From: Acidimicrobiia bacterium
Lineage (GTDB): Bacteria > Actinomycetota > Acidimicrobiia > Spongiisociales > ZC4RG35
Length of the DNA stretch: 64,000 bases
Assembly (NCBI GenBank): GCA_035550735.1
Contig: DASZOM010000006.1
Location: 6,984 to 70,983, forward strand
Direction: 5' to 3'
The notes beneath the pieces are model-generated. The model was not told the DNA's origin, did no database searches, and worked only from the letters and a program-made list of their open reading frames with translations. The translations under genes were made by a program, and so were the position numbers. Positions 8,173 to 17,893 of this stretch are shown here, piece after piece; positions within the stretch are counted from its first letter, which is position 1; each line of letters begins with the position of its first letter.

Positions 8173-10356
8173 TCAGTCGAGGCTCACCGTCACCAATCCG
8201 GCCTTGAAGGCCGGGGTGCCGGAGGCGGGATCGACATGACGGGGGAGAAGGACGTTGGCCTCGGGGTAGTACATGACCGCGTTGCCCGGGGTGATGTCGG
8301 CCTCGCGGACAAGAATCGATCGCATCGAGCCCGCCGCACCGGTCACCGTGACGGGCTGGTCGATGCCAAGCCCGAGACGGTCGATGTCCAGCCGGCTCAT
8401 CATGATCACGTCACGTCGATCCTGACCCCGATAGAGGTCCTCGTCCTCGAACACAACCGTGTTGAACTGGCCCTCGGAGCGAACCGTCATCAAACGGAGA
8501 TCGCCATTCCGACCTCCGATATCGGGCAGCCGCACCGGGAGGAACCGGGCCCGCCCGCTGTCGGTGGCGAATCGGGGCTCATGGAACGTGCGCCCTGTCA
8601 CCTGGAACTCGCGACGAGTCTTGTCGATGGTGCCGACCGCCTCGTATCCGGGGATCACCTTGGCGATCGCGCTGCGGATGCTCCCGTGCCGGCGCATGTC
8701 GGCCCAGTCCAGCACCCCGGTGCGGTCGACCCGCTCTCCCATGTCGGCGATCACCGAGACCTCCGATCGTGGGCCGACATGGCGCGGTGGGCCTCCATCC
8801 GAGAGTCTCACGAAGTTGAACATGGACTCCTGGGTGGTGGCCTCGGGCTCCTCGTCGCGGGCCAACACCGGGAGGACGATCGTCTCCTTGCCTCTCCCCA
8901 GGACATGCCCGGTGTTCAGCGACGTGGACAGATAGACCACGAGGTCGAGCCGTTGCAGGGCGCGGGCCGCGAATCCGGAGTCGGGGTTCGATCCGAACAG
9001 GTTCCCACCGAGGCAGATCCCCACTTGGAGGCGGCCCTCGGCCGACCCGATCATGCAGCCCATCGTGTCCAGCCCCTCGCCTTCGGGAGGGGAGACTCCC
9101 ATCTCCGTGGCGAGTGCCTTGAGCACGGCAGTCTTGAGCTCGGGCGCCACTCCCACCGAGCCGATTCCCTGGACGTTGCTGTGGCCCCTGATGGGGAGGA
9201 GACCAGCCCGCGGCCGGCCGAGCATGCCCCTGACCATCGCCAGATTGGCGATCGCCCTGACGTTGTCGACGCCGTGGAGATGATGGGTGATGCCCATCGC
9301 CCAGGCGAAGATGGCGCTGCTCGCCCCGGCGTAGAGCTCGCCGACTCTCTCCATCGTCGCTCGGGGGACTCCGCTGCCCTCGACCAGCTCCTCCCAAGTG
9401 AGCGACTCGACGGAATCGCGATAGATGTCCCAGTCATCGGCGTGCTCGTTCACGAATCCGTGGTCCACCGCCCCGTTCTCGATGACACGCTTGGCGACAC
9501 CGGCGAGGAAGGCGATGTCGCCGCCGATGTGCGGCTGGACGTAGACGTCGGAAATGTCGGTGCCGAAGAACAGGCTCCTCATCTTCGACGGGACCCGGAA
9601 CCGAACCAGACCGGTCTCGCGGAGCGGGTTGACCACGACCACCTTCCCGCCTCTTCGCTTGAACCCGTCGAGGATGGTCATCAGACGCGGGTGGTTCGAC
9701 GCTGCATTGGACCCGATGAGGAAGAAGACATCGCCCCTTCCCAAGGTCTCCAGGTCCTCGAGCACCACCGTGGCGGTGCCCGACCCGGTGACGCTGGAGA
9801 GACCGACCCCGGACGCCTGGTGGCAGTAGTAGCTGCAGTTGTTGACGTTGTTGGTCCCGTACACACGGGCCAGAAGCTGGATCAGGAAGCCGGCTTCGTT
9901 GGACGACCTGCCACTCACGTAGAAGAAGGCCCGGTCGGGATCCGTGGCGATCAGCTTGGCGGTGATCTTGTCGATGGCCTCAGCCCAGGAGATGACTCGA
10001 TACCGGGTGTCGAGTGGGCCCGCGTAGAGGGGCCTTGTCAGCCGCCCGCACGCCTCCAGGTCCTTGGAGGTGAAGCCGGCCAGCTCGGAGAAGCCGTAGT
10101 GATCGAAAAGCGACTCCGGGACCGCGCCCTGCATGTCGGCGGCCATCGCCTGGATCGACTTCTTGCAGATCTCGGGGAAGTGGCCCGCTTCGTTGACCAT
10201 GCCACCCAATTGGCCGCCCATGCCGAGAGCGCATGTCTTGCATGCGTTGCGTGAGCGGAGTGCCCGGTACGCCGCCCGATAGCCACCTGCCTGACGCGCT
10301 TTGCGCAACAGGTACCAGATGGCGGGGAAACCGCCGCCGGCGCTCACCCGTCTCAC
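8173..10356 (-). CDS. FdhF/YdeP-family molybdopterin oxidoreductase
   Basis: N-terminal ...NACKTCALGMGGQLGGMVNEAGHFPEICKKS... is typical of YdeP-like formate-dehydrogenase-alpha relatives. 727 aa. Confidence 0.85.
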   Translation of the reverse strand: MRRVSAGGGFPAIWYLLRKARQAGGYRAAYRALRSRNACKTCALGMGGQLGGMVNEAGHFPEICKKSIQAMAADMQGAVPESLFDHYGFSELAGFTSKDLEACGRLTRPLYAGPLDTRYRVISWAEAIDKITAKLIATDPDRAFFYVSGRSSNEAGFLIQLLARVYGTNNVNNCSYYCHQASGVGLSSVTGSGTATVVLEDLETLGRGDVFFLIGSNAASNHPRLMTILDGFKRRGGKVVVVNPLRETGLVRFRVPSKMRSLFFGTDISDVYVQPHIGGDIAFLAGVAKRVIENGAVDHGFVNEHADDWDIYRDSVESLTWEELVEGSGVPRATMERVGELYAGASSAIFAWAMGITHHLHGVDNVRAIANLAMVRGMLGRPRAGLLPIRGHSNVQGIGSVGVAPELKTAVLKALATEMGVSPPEGEGLDTMGCMIGSAEGRLQVGICLGGNLFGSNPDSGFAARALQRLDLVVYLSTSLNTGHVLGRGKETIVLPVLARDEEPEATTQESMFNFVRLSDGGPPRHVGPRSEVSVIADMGERVDRTGVLDWADMRRHGSIRSAIAKVIPGYEAVGTIDKTRREFQVTGRTFHEPRFATDSGRARFLPVRLPDIGGRNGDLRLMTVRSEGQFNTVVFEDEDLYRGQDRRDVIMMSRLDIDRLGLGIDQPVTVTGAAGSMRSILVREADITPGNAVMYYPEANVLLPRHVDPASGTPAFKAGLVTVSLD

Positions 10357-10382
10357 CGGGGCAACTCTACGGATCGGTGGTG

Positions 10383-11498
10383 TCAGCGGAAACGACCGGG
10401 GGCGGTGCGTTCCGGGTCGACTCCAGCTTCGGCAAAGCCTGGGGGGAGGTCCTCGCCGATCACCTGGGATGCGATGAGGGCCCCGTAGGCGGGGGAGGTC
10501 TGCATCCCGATCCCGCCCAGGCCGACCAGCCAGAAGAACCCAGGGGCCTTCGGGTCTTCGCCGATCACCAGGTCACGGTCGGGTGAGAACGTGCGCAGAC
10601 CCGCCCACTGCGAGTTGACGGTCCGGATGTTCAAGGTGGTCGCCTCGTTTATCCGCTCGATGGCGAGGGCGACGTCTTCCATCCGGGGTCGGGCATCGGT
10701 CGGCTCGGAGGGTGTCTCCTCGGCCAGTGAGCAGAGGTATTGGACCCCGTCCGGGCGGAAGTAGAAGTTCTCGTCCACCTCGACCACCATCGGCAAGCCG
10801 GCCGAGCCCTCGCTTCCGGGGACCATGAACGCGGTTCGACGGTATGGCCGCAGCCCGATGGGGGCCACCCCGGCCATCTCGGCGATCACGTCGCCCCATG
10901 CCCCCGAGGCGTTGACGAGGACATCGCCCTCGACTGTGCGCCCGTTGGAGCGGACCTCCCAGCGACCGGCCTTGCGGGCGATGCCCACGGCCGGAGCCTG
11001 GGTCAGGATGATCGCGTCGTGGGCGCGGGCGATCCGGACGAAGGCCTGGTGAAGCGCCGCCACGTCGATGTCGGCCCCGGACGGCTCGTATAGCCCGCCT
11101 CCCACCCAGTTCGGGCTCATCACGGGCAACACGTCGAGCACGCCGCCGGTGTCGAGCAACTCGGAGCGGGAGCCTTGGAGCCGGCCCTTCTCTGCGCGCT
11201 CGGCGAGACGCTCCATCGGCTCGCCCTTCGGAGCCACCCACACCACGGCACGGTCGGAGAGGAGGGGAGCGTCGACCGACCCCTCCGGAGGGGACTCGAG
11301 AAAGGGCCGTGCCGCCTTCACCAGGGGCCGGGACCCGGCCGACCCGTAGTTCTCGACGAGCATCGCCGCCGACCTGCCCGACGTGTGATAGGCGAGACTC
11401 GGCTCCGTCTCGAGGAGGGTCACCTCGCCATGGGGAGCCAGGTGGGCAGCCGCCGCCACACCCGCAATCCCGCCACCGATCACGATGAAGTCGGTCAC
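10383..11498 (-). CDS. FAD-dependent oxidoreductase (DAO family)
   Basis: MTDFIVIGGGIAGVAAAAHLA dinucleotide-binding motif. 371 aa. Confidence 0.8.
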   Translation of the reverse strand: MTDFIVIGGGIAGVAAAAHLAPHGEVTLLETEPSLAYHTSGRSAAMLVENYGSAGSRPLVKAARPFLESPPEGSVDAPLLSDRAVVWVAPKGEPMERLAERAEKGRLQGSRSELLDTGGVLDVLPVMSPNWVGGGLYEPSGADIDVAALHQAFVRIARAHDAIILTQAPAVGIARKAGRWEVRSNGRTVEGDVLVNASGAWGDVIAEMAGVAPIGLRPYRRTAFMVPGSEGSAGLPMVVEVDENFYFRPDGVQYLCSLAEETPSEPTDARPRMEDVALAIERINEATTLNIRTVNSQWAGLRTFSPDRDLVIGEDPKAPGFFWLVGLGGIGMQTSPAYGALIASQVIGEDLPPGFAEAGVDPERTAPGRFR

Positions 11499-12466
11499 GG
11501 CTCCACCACCACCCGACCGATGGCGTTGCGGCCCTCGAGCCAGCGCAGCGCATCAGCACCCTCGGCGAGCGAGTACGTCTTCTGGATCAGCGGCTCTATC
11601 AGGCCGTTCTCCGCCCATTCCACGATCGTGGCGAAGTTCTCCCGGTGCTTCTCCGGCTCCTCTTGGGTGAACCGGCCCCAAAAGACGCCGACGATCGAGT
11701 TGCCCTTGAGCAACGGCAGGTTGAGCGGGATGCGTGGGATCCCGCCCGCGGCGAAGCCGATCACGAGCAGCCTTCCGTTCCAAGACGTCGAACGGAGAAC
11801 CTGCTCGGTGAGATCGCCGCCCACGGGGTCGTAGACGACGTCGACTCCGGCGCCCTCGGTGAGGTCATTGATCCCATCCCTGATGCCGACCTGGTCGTAC
11901 CTGATCACGTCGTCGGCGCCCGAGGCACGGACTGCGTCGGCCTTCCCGTCGGAGGAGACCGCGGCGATGACCCGCGCCCCGAGGACGTGGCCGATCTGAA
12001 CCGCGGCGAGGCCGACTCCGCCCGAGGCTCCGAGCACCAGCAACGTCTCGCCCTTCTCGAGCCGGGCACGGTCGACCAGAGCGTGGTAGGAGGTCCCGTA
12101 CCCACCAGGAAGGGTGCTCCCGACGGAGTAGTCGATCGAGTCGGGCAGTCTTGCGACGTTCTGCGAGGAGAGCAGGGCCCTCTCGGCGAGAGCCCCATGG
12201 AAGGCGAATCCGCACACGCGATCACCCGAGGAGAACTCGCCGCCCTCATCGGCTTGGAGGACGCGGCCGGCCAGTTCGTAGCCGGGGGCGAAGGGAGGGT
12301 CCGGGCGCACCTGGTACTCACCCTTCACCATGAGGAGATCGGCGAAGTTGACGGTCGTGGCTTTCACCTCGACGAGGACCGACCCCGGATGCCATTCGGG
12401 GTCGGGGAGCTCGCCCAGCCGGAGCCCGTCGATGCCGCTGTAGTCGTCACAGACCAGTGCTTTCAT
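11495..12466 (-). CDS. NADPH:quinone oxidoreductase / zinc-type MDR family
   Basis: MKALV..., GETLLVLGASGGVGLAAVQIG, and GKIVL-like C-terminus (IGRVVVEP). Stop overlaps the downstream gene's start by 4 nt. Confidence 0.85.
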   Translation of the reverse strand: MKALVCDDYSGIDGLRLGELPDPEWHPGSVLVEVKATTVNFADLLMVKGEYQVRPDPPFAPGYELAGRVLQADEGGEFSSGDRVCGFAFHGALAERALLSSQNVARLPDSIDYSVGSTLPGGYGTSYHALVDRARLEKGETLLVLGASGGVGLAAVQIGHVLGARVIAAVSSDGKADAVRASGADDVIRYDQVGIRDGINDLTEGAGVDVVYDPVGGDLTEQVLRSTSWNGRLLVIGFAAGGIPRIPLNLPLLKGNSIVGVFWGRFTQEEPEKHRENFATIVEWAENGLIEPLIQKTYSLAEGADALRWLEGRNAIGRVVVEP

Positions 12467-12479
12467 CGCCGGTCAGCCT

Positions 12480-13184
12480 ATGACTGCCGGCCGCGGCTTG
12501 CTATCTGACACAATTCAGGGCGTGCCCGTCGAGCCGCCCAGGTCCCGATTCGATCTACCCGATCCCAGTGCCGCCGACGGGGACGTGGTGGCGGTCGGTG
12601 GCGACCTGGAGGCAGGGACACTTCTCCAGGCATATCGAAGGGGGATGTTCCCCATGGACCTCCCCGACGGGCATCTGGGGTGGTGGTCACCGGTTGAGCG
12701 GGCGATCATCCCACTCAGCGGCCTGCGCGTGACCCGGTCGCTGCGACAGTCGACTCGTCGCTACTACATCACCGTCGACGAGGACTTCCTGTCGGTGATC
12801 CGCTGGTGCGCCGACATCGATCGGCCCAATGGCTGGATCACCGAGGAGGTGGTCGAGGCCTACACCACGTTGCACGATCTCGGCTGGGCCCACTCGATCG
12901 AGGTCTGGGATTCGGAGGGCTCGCTGGTCGGCGGGCTCTACGGAGTGGCCATCGGCGGGCTGTTCGCCGGGGAGAGCATGTTCCATCTGTCGAGGGACGC
13001 GTCCAAGGTGGCCCTGGTGCATCTGGTCGTGCTCATGAACCATGGTGGCAGCCTTCTCGATGTGCAGTGGCTGACCCCACATCTGGAGTCTCTTGGGGCG
13101 GTGGTCATCGGTCGCGACGAGTACCTGAGGCGTCTCCCCGAGGCTCTGTCCCGGCAAGGGCCGTTCGACAGGACCGGCGGTTAG
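12480..13184 (+). CDS. aat: leucyl/phenylalanyl-tRNA--protein transferase
   Basis: AYRRGMFPM, GWWSP..RAIIPL, GGLYGVAIGGLFAGESMFH, and KVALVHLV blocks. Start uncertain. Confidence 0.85.
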   Translation: MTAGRGLLSDTIQGVPVEPPRSRFDLPDPSAADGDVVAVGGDLEAGTLLQAYRRGMFPMDLPDGHLGWWSPVERAIIPLSGLRVTRSLRQSTRRYYITVDEDFLSVIRWCADIDRPNGWITEEVVEAYTTLHDLGWAHSIEVWDSEGSLVGGLYGVAIGGLFAGESMFHLSRDASKVALVHLVVLMNHGGSLLDVQWLTPHLESLGAVVIGRDEYLRRLPEALSRQGPFDRTGG

Positions 13185-13210
13185 AGTCGCCGCGTGCCTC
13201 CCGGAGCAGG

Positions 13211-14068
13211 ATGACGAGGACGTTCGTAGCGGGCATCGACCTGACCGCGATGGGCCGCAGAGTCGCCGACAGGGCCCGGCTCATGGCAGAGACCTCCGGG
13301 GGGACAGTCCATCTCCTCCATGTGCTCGAGCCGGTGGCGGAGGCCATGATCGAGCCCGGTCTGGCAAGGATCATGCGTGAGCATCAGAGGGCCGAGGCGG
13401 CCACCGTGGCGGAATGGCTGCGGGATAGATCCCAGGTCGACGTGGCGCTCGAGGTGGTGAAAGGGTCGCCTGCTTGGGAGATCGCCTCCCGGGCCAAGAA
13501 GGCCGAGATGGTGATTCTCGGCTCCTCCAGTGTTGATGCCTTCACCGCGGGACCGGTGACGCACCGGGTCGCCCGGATGGCGACATCCGACATCCTGGTG
13601 GTGCGTCGTCAACCCCGCGTTCCCTATCGAAGGGTCATCACGGCGGTCGACTTCTCCGAGGCGTCGCGACGCGCTATCGAGAGGTCGCTGGAGCTGTTTC
13701 CGGATTCCGAGATAACCGTCCTCTACTCGCTGCCCACACAGTTCGACTCACTCCTATCCGACGCCGGGCTCTTCCGGGAGGAGATGGATGCCTCACGAAG
13801 CGAGCGCATGGAGACCGCCCGTGACCGGATGCTGGAGTTCGCCCACCCATGGGGAGGCCGGGTGCGGACCCAGGTGGTGGACGGGCCGCCTGCGGAGACC
13901 ATCGACGAGACCGTGCGGCGACGCGGTGCGGACCTCGTCGTGGTGAGCAGCCGCGGTGCGACCGCCACCCGCATGGTCCTCCTGGGCACGGTGGCCGAGG
14001 GCCTGTTGGGCCGGGCGCCGTGTGACGTGCTGATCGTCAGGTCGGCGTCGAGCTTTCGCCGGCCCTGA
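13211..14068 (+). CDS. tandem universal stress protein (UspA x2)
   Basis: Two USP units (VHLLHV..., LGSSSVD..., VVVSSRGATAT...GTVAEGLLGRAPCDVLIV). The ATG at 13211 is used; the upstream part of the 420-aa track ORF is Arg-rich shadow overlapping aat. Confidence 0.85.
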   Translation: MTRTFVAGIDLTAMGRRVADRARLMAETSGGTVHLLHVLEPVAEAMIEPGLARIMREHQRAEAATVAEWLRDRSQVDVALEVVKGSPAWEIASRAKKAEMVILGSSSVDAFTAGPVTHRVARMATSDILVVRRQPRVPYRRVITAVDFSEASRRAIERSLELFPDSEITVLYSLPTQFDSLLSDAGLFREEMDASRSERMETARDRMLEFAHPWGGRVRTQVVDGPPAETIDETVRRRGADLVVVSSRGATATRMVLLGTVAEGLLGRAPCDVLIVRSASSFRRP

Positions 14069-14072
14069 TCGG

Positions 14073-14930
14073 TCAGATGCCAGCCAGTGCCTTCTTCACC
14101 GCCCTGGCGGCGAAGACCTTGGCCAGATGTGCCTTGTACTCCTCGGTGCCGTAGAGGTCTTCGAGGACCGTGATGCCGTCCGCCGCTCTCTCCGCAGCCG
14201 CCTTGATCGCCTCGTCCGAGCCATCGGTGCCGATGAGGGCTTCGCCCACGCCGGCGGCGAGCTGGGCGTGTGTGCCCACTCCGGTGATCGCCACCCGGGC
14301 ATCCTCGATCGTCCCGTTCGACTTTCGGACCCATGCCGCCGCGGCGGCGACCGCGTAGTCGGAGTGCCCGCCACGACGACCGAGCTTGTCATAGGCGGAG
14401 CCCTCACCCGGGCCGGCCTTGGGAATCCGTATCGACGTGAGGATCTCCTCCGGTGTCAGCGCACTGGTCAACGAGTCGACGAAGAAGTCAGCCGCGGCGA
14501 TCTCACGGGTCCCCGAAGCTGACGCCGCCACCATGACCGCGTTGCATGCGATCGCCGCCGCCGGCTGATCGGCGGCCACGTCTGCGTGGGCCAACGAGCC
14601 GCAGGTCGTCCCCCGGTTGCGCACCTGGACATCACCGGTCATCGACGCAGCCTCGGCGAGAGCGGCCGCATTGGCTCGCACCAGGTCGTGCGACATCGTG
14701 GTGCGATGACGCACCAAGGCGCCGATCTCGACATGATCCCCGGTGTCGTTCACCCCGTCGAGACCGCCGATCCGGCCGATGTCGACGAGGAGCGCAGGGG
14801 AGAACAGCCGCATCTTCATGAGGGGCAGCAGGCTCATGCCGCCCGCCATGACCTTTGCATCCTCGCCGAGCGCCCCGAGGGCCTCGTCGAGCGAGGTCGG
14901 TGCCACGTAGTCGAAAGCACGTGGATACAT
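14073..14930 (-). CDS. molybdenum hydroxylase FAD-binding subunit (CoxM/CutM-like)
   Basis: FDYVAPTSLDEALGAL...AGGMSLLPLMKMRL. Start overlaps the large-subunit stop by 1 nt. Confidence 0.85.
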   Translation of the reverse strand: MYPRAFDYVAPTSLDEALGALGEDAKVMAGGMSLLPLMKMRLFSPALLVDIGRIGGLDGVNDTGDHVEIGALVRHRTTMSHDLVRANAAALAEAASMTGDVQVRNRGTTCGSLAHADVAADQPAAAIACNAVMVAASASGTREIAAADFFVDSLTSALTPEEILTSIRIPKAGPGEGSAYDKLGRRGGHSDYAVAAAAAWVRKSNGTIEDARVAITGVGTHAQLAAGVGEALIGTDGSDEAIKAAAERAADGITVLEDLYGTEEYKAHLAKVFAARAVKKALAGI

Positions 14931-17308
14931 CAGCTCATCCTCGCTTCCTGAATCGCCGCCCAGACCTTCCTGGGACGTAGCGGCATGTCGATGTTCTTGA
15001 CCCCGAGCGGCGAAAGCGCGTCGATCACCGCATTGACCAGGGTGTGCGCCGAGCCGATCGTCCCGGCCTCACCGATCCCCTTCACACCCATCGGGTTGAT
15101 CGGAGAGGGAGTGACCGTGTGCGCCAGCTCGTACGAAGGCAAGTCCCCAGCCGTGGGCAGGGGATAGTCGATCAGCGACCCGGTCAGTAGGTTGCCGTTC
15201 TCGTCGAACAGGGCCTCTTCGAACATCGCCTGACCGATTCCCTGAGCCACGCCACCATGGATCTGGCCGTTGACGATCATCGGGTTGACCACGTTGCCGC
15301 AGTCGTCGACCGCCACGTACTTGAGGATCTCGACGTTGCCGGTGTCGGCGTCGACCTCTACGACGGCGAGATGCGTCCCGAACGGCCAGGTGGCGTTGCC
15401 CGGGCTGAACATCGACTGCGCCTCCAGACCCGACTCCACGCCCTCCGGGAGCGTGTGCGCCTGGTATGCGGCCTTGGCGATGTCGGCCCAATCGACCTTC
15501 TTGTCGGGCGAGCCGGCCACATGGGCCGCACCGTCGGCGAACTCGATGTCGTCTGCGGAGGCCTCGAGCATGTGGGCTGCGATCTGTGCCGCCTTGGCCT
15601 TCACCTGCTGGGTGGCCTGGTAGGCGGCCGCGCCGTCGACCGATATCGACCTGGAGCCGAACGTGCCGATCCCCATCGGGTGGTCACGGGTGTCGCCATG
15701 GTGGACCCTGACCCGATCGACCGGGATCCCCAAACCGTCCCCGACGATCTGGGACCACGTCGTCTCGTGGCCCTGACCGGTCGGGCCGGTGCCGATGATC
15801 ACCGTCACCGTCGCGTCCGGGTTGACCCGGACCAGGCCCGACCCGTTGAACGACGAGGGGAGGCCATAGGTGGCCCAAGAGAACCCGATCTCGGCGAGCA
15901 CAGCGGGCCCGAATCCGCACACCTCGACATAGGACCCGATGCCGATCCCGACATGACGTCCCTCGGCGCGGGCGTCGTCCCGCATCTTCAGCAAGCCCTG
16001 GTAGTCGGCGATCTCGATCAGCTTGTCCACCGCCGCGTCGTAGTTCCCCGAGTCGAGCGAGAACCCGCACCCCATCGTCGCCGGGAACTCATCGGGCTGC
16101 CAGAAGTTGCGACGACGCACCTCCAGTGGGTCCATCCCGATCTCCCGGGCGTATGCGTCGATGATGCGTTCCAGGTAGTAGATCGCCTCCGGCCGCCCCG
16201 CCCCGCGGTAGGCGTCGGTGGTCATCGTGTTGGTGACCACACAGTCGACCTTCCAACCGATAGGCATCTTGTACTGGCCCGAGGCGATCCAGAGACCGAG
16301 CAGCGGGATGGCGATGGTGAAATTCTGGTCGTAGGCGCCCATGTCTGCCAGCGCGTCGAGCTTGTAGCCGAGGAACTGGCCGTCCTTGGTGCCCACCAGG
16401 GTGGCGGTGCCCACCCAACCTCGTCCGTGGATGGTGGAGCTCGCCGCCTCCCGCCGGGTCTCGGTCCACTTGACCGTGCTGCCCAGCTCCCGTGCGACCC
16501 AGGCGGCGAGGATCTCGTCGTTGTAGACGTTGAGCTTGCAGCCGAATCCACCGCCGACCTCGGGGGCGATCACCCGGACATCCGAGGCCGCCACCCCGAG
16601 CATCTTGGAGATGGCGCCGCTCAGGGCGTGGGGGACCTGGGTGGAGCTGTGGACCGTGAAACGGCCATAACCGGGGTTGTACTCCGCCATCACCGATCTC
16701 GGCTCGATGGCAACCGGGATGAGACGCTGATTGGTCATCTCCATCGAGACCACGACCGCGTCGTCGCGCTGCATCGCCTCGTCGACCTGCGGTGTCTGGT
16801 CCTCCAGGCCCAATGCCGGCCAGTAGCCGTGGTACGTCCAGGTGAGGGTGATGTTGGAATCGAGGTCGTCGTGGACCTTGATCTCGTCGGTGGCCGCCTT
16901 TTTCAGATCGATCACCGCCGGCAGCACGTCATAGTCGACCTGGATCGCCTCGACGGCGTCCTGAGCCTGATAGCGGCTCTCTGCGACCACCAGGGCGACG
17001 GCCTCGCCGAGATGGTTGACCTGGCCGTCGGCGAGAAGTGGCCGCAGCTTGCCCGTTGTCACCTGGGCGAGCAGCGGGCCGAGATGGGCGACGTCGTCGT
17101 GTGTGTAGACCGCGACCACGCCCGGCATCGCCTTCGCCGCGCTGGTGTCGATCGAGTTGATCCTCGCCCTCGCCACCGGGGAGCGGTGGAAGGCCATGTG
17201 GAGAAGCCCGGTGGGGTTGAGGTCGTCGACGTAGAGACCGGTTCCCTGGATGAGAGCGGGGTCTTCCCGCCGGCGCACCGCCCCACCCATGACACTCGTG
17301 GTTGCCAT
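14930..17308 (-). CDS. molybdenum hydroxylase large subunit, form-II CoxL-like
   Basis: Xanthine-dehydrogenase-family large subunit. The active-site loop reads AYRGAGR, the form-II/putative signature, not the form-I AYxCSFR. Confidence 0.9.
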   Translation of the reverse strand: MATTSVMGGAVRRREDPALIQGTGLYVDDLNPTGLLHMAFHRSPVARARINSIDTSAAKAMPGVVAVYTHDDVAHLGPLLAQVTTGKLRPLLADGQVNHLGEAVALVVAESRYQAQDAVEAIQVDYDVLPAVIDLKKAATDEIKVHDDLDSNITLTWTYHGYWPALGLEDQTPQVDEAMQRDDAVVVSMEMTNQRLIPVAIEPRSVMAEYNPGYGRFTVHSSTQVPHALSGAISKMLGVAASDVRVIAPEVGGGFGCKLNVYNDEILAAWVARELGSTVKWTETRREAASSTIHGRGWVGTATLVGTKDGQFLGYKLDALADMGAYDQNFTIAIPLLGLWIASGQYKMPIGWKVDCVVTNTMTTDAYRGAGRPEAIYYLERIIDAYAREIGMDPLEVRRRNFWQPDEFPATMGCGFSLDSGNYDAAVDKLIEIADYQGLLKMRDDARAEGRHVGIGIGSYVEVCGFGPAVLAEIGFSWATYGLPSSFNGSGLVRVNPDATVTVIIGTGPTGQGHETTWSQIVGDGLGIPVDRVRVHHGDTRDHPMGIGTFGSRSISVDGAAAYQATQQVKAKAAQIAAHMLEASADDIEFADGAAHVAGSPDKKVDWADIAKAAYQAHTLPEGVESGLEAQSMFSPGNATWPFGTHLAVVEVDADTGNVEILKYVAVDDCGNVVNPMIVNGQIHGGVAQGIGQAMFEEALFDENGNLLTGSLIDYPLPTAGDLPSYELAHTVTPSPINPMGVKGIGEAGTIGSAHTLVNAVIDALSPLGVKNIDMPLRPRKVWAAIQEARMS

Positions 17309-17808
17309 CAGCTCATCCCTTCCCAGTCAGGTGGTGGCGGTTCTTCGCCACGGATCTTGGCCCCTGCATACTCGATGGCCCGAACGATGTTGTGATATCC
17401 GGTGCAGCGACACAGGTTGCCCTCGATGCCGTGGCGAATCTCGGCCTCGGTCGGGTTCGAGTTCTCATCGAGGAGGGCGACCGCGGCCATGATCATCCCC
17501 GGTGTGCAATAGCCGCACTGCAGCCCATGTCGCTCCCAGAACCCCTCCTGCACGGGGTGGAGCTGGCCGTTGTCGGCGAGACCCTCGATCGTGGTGATCT
17601 CTGCCCCATCCGCCTGCACGGCGAGCATGGTGCACGACTTGATCGCCATCCCGTCGAGATGAACGGTGCACGCCCCGCAGTAGCCCGTCTCACAGCCGAC
17701 ATGGGTCCCGGTGAGCCGGAGGTTCTCTCTGATGAAGTGGACCAACAGGGTCCTCGGCTCGACGTCGGCGGAGACGCTCCTGCCATTGACCGTCATCGAA
17801 ACTTCCAT
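17308..17808 (-). CDS. molybdenum hydroxylase [2Fe-2S] small subunit (CoxS-like)
   Basis: [12 protein letters not shown] and CGYCTPG...LCRCTGY cluster motifs. Confidence 0.9.
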   Translation of the reverse strand: MEVSMTVNGRSVSADVEPRTLLVHFIRENLRLTGTHVGCETGYCGACTVHLDGMAIKSCTMLAVQADGAEITTIEGLADNGQLHPVQEGFWERHGLQCGYCTPGMIMAAVALLDENSNPTEAEIRHGIEGNLCRCTGYHNIVRAIEYAGAKIRGEEPPPPDWEGMS

Positions 17809-17893
17809 GGGAAGACCCTTTCCGTAGGTCGGTCGAGATCACCGGAACATATCAACTGGCGACGGGGTGCGTGTTCCGAATCCCCTCGGATTC

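Noticed and set aside
8035-10254. 739-aa plus-strand ORF opposite the YdeP-type oxidoreductase. Similar long shadows occur at 5327-6859, 15257-17395, 42016-43194, 45133-46335, 56673-57743 and 63109-63969.
   Set aside because: All lie antisense to confidently recognised genes, have no recognisable motifs and show biased Arg/Gly/Asp/His composition. They are stop-codon-poor frames of GC-rich DNA.
14930-17308. Genuine aerobic CO dehydrogenase (form I CoxL)
   Set aside because: The active-site loop is AYRGAGR, not AYxCSFR. The gene order is S-L-M, and no coxDEFG accessory genes are present.
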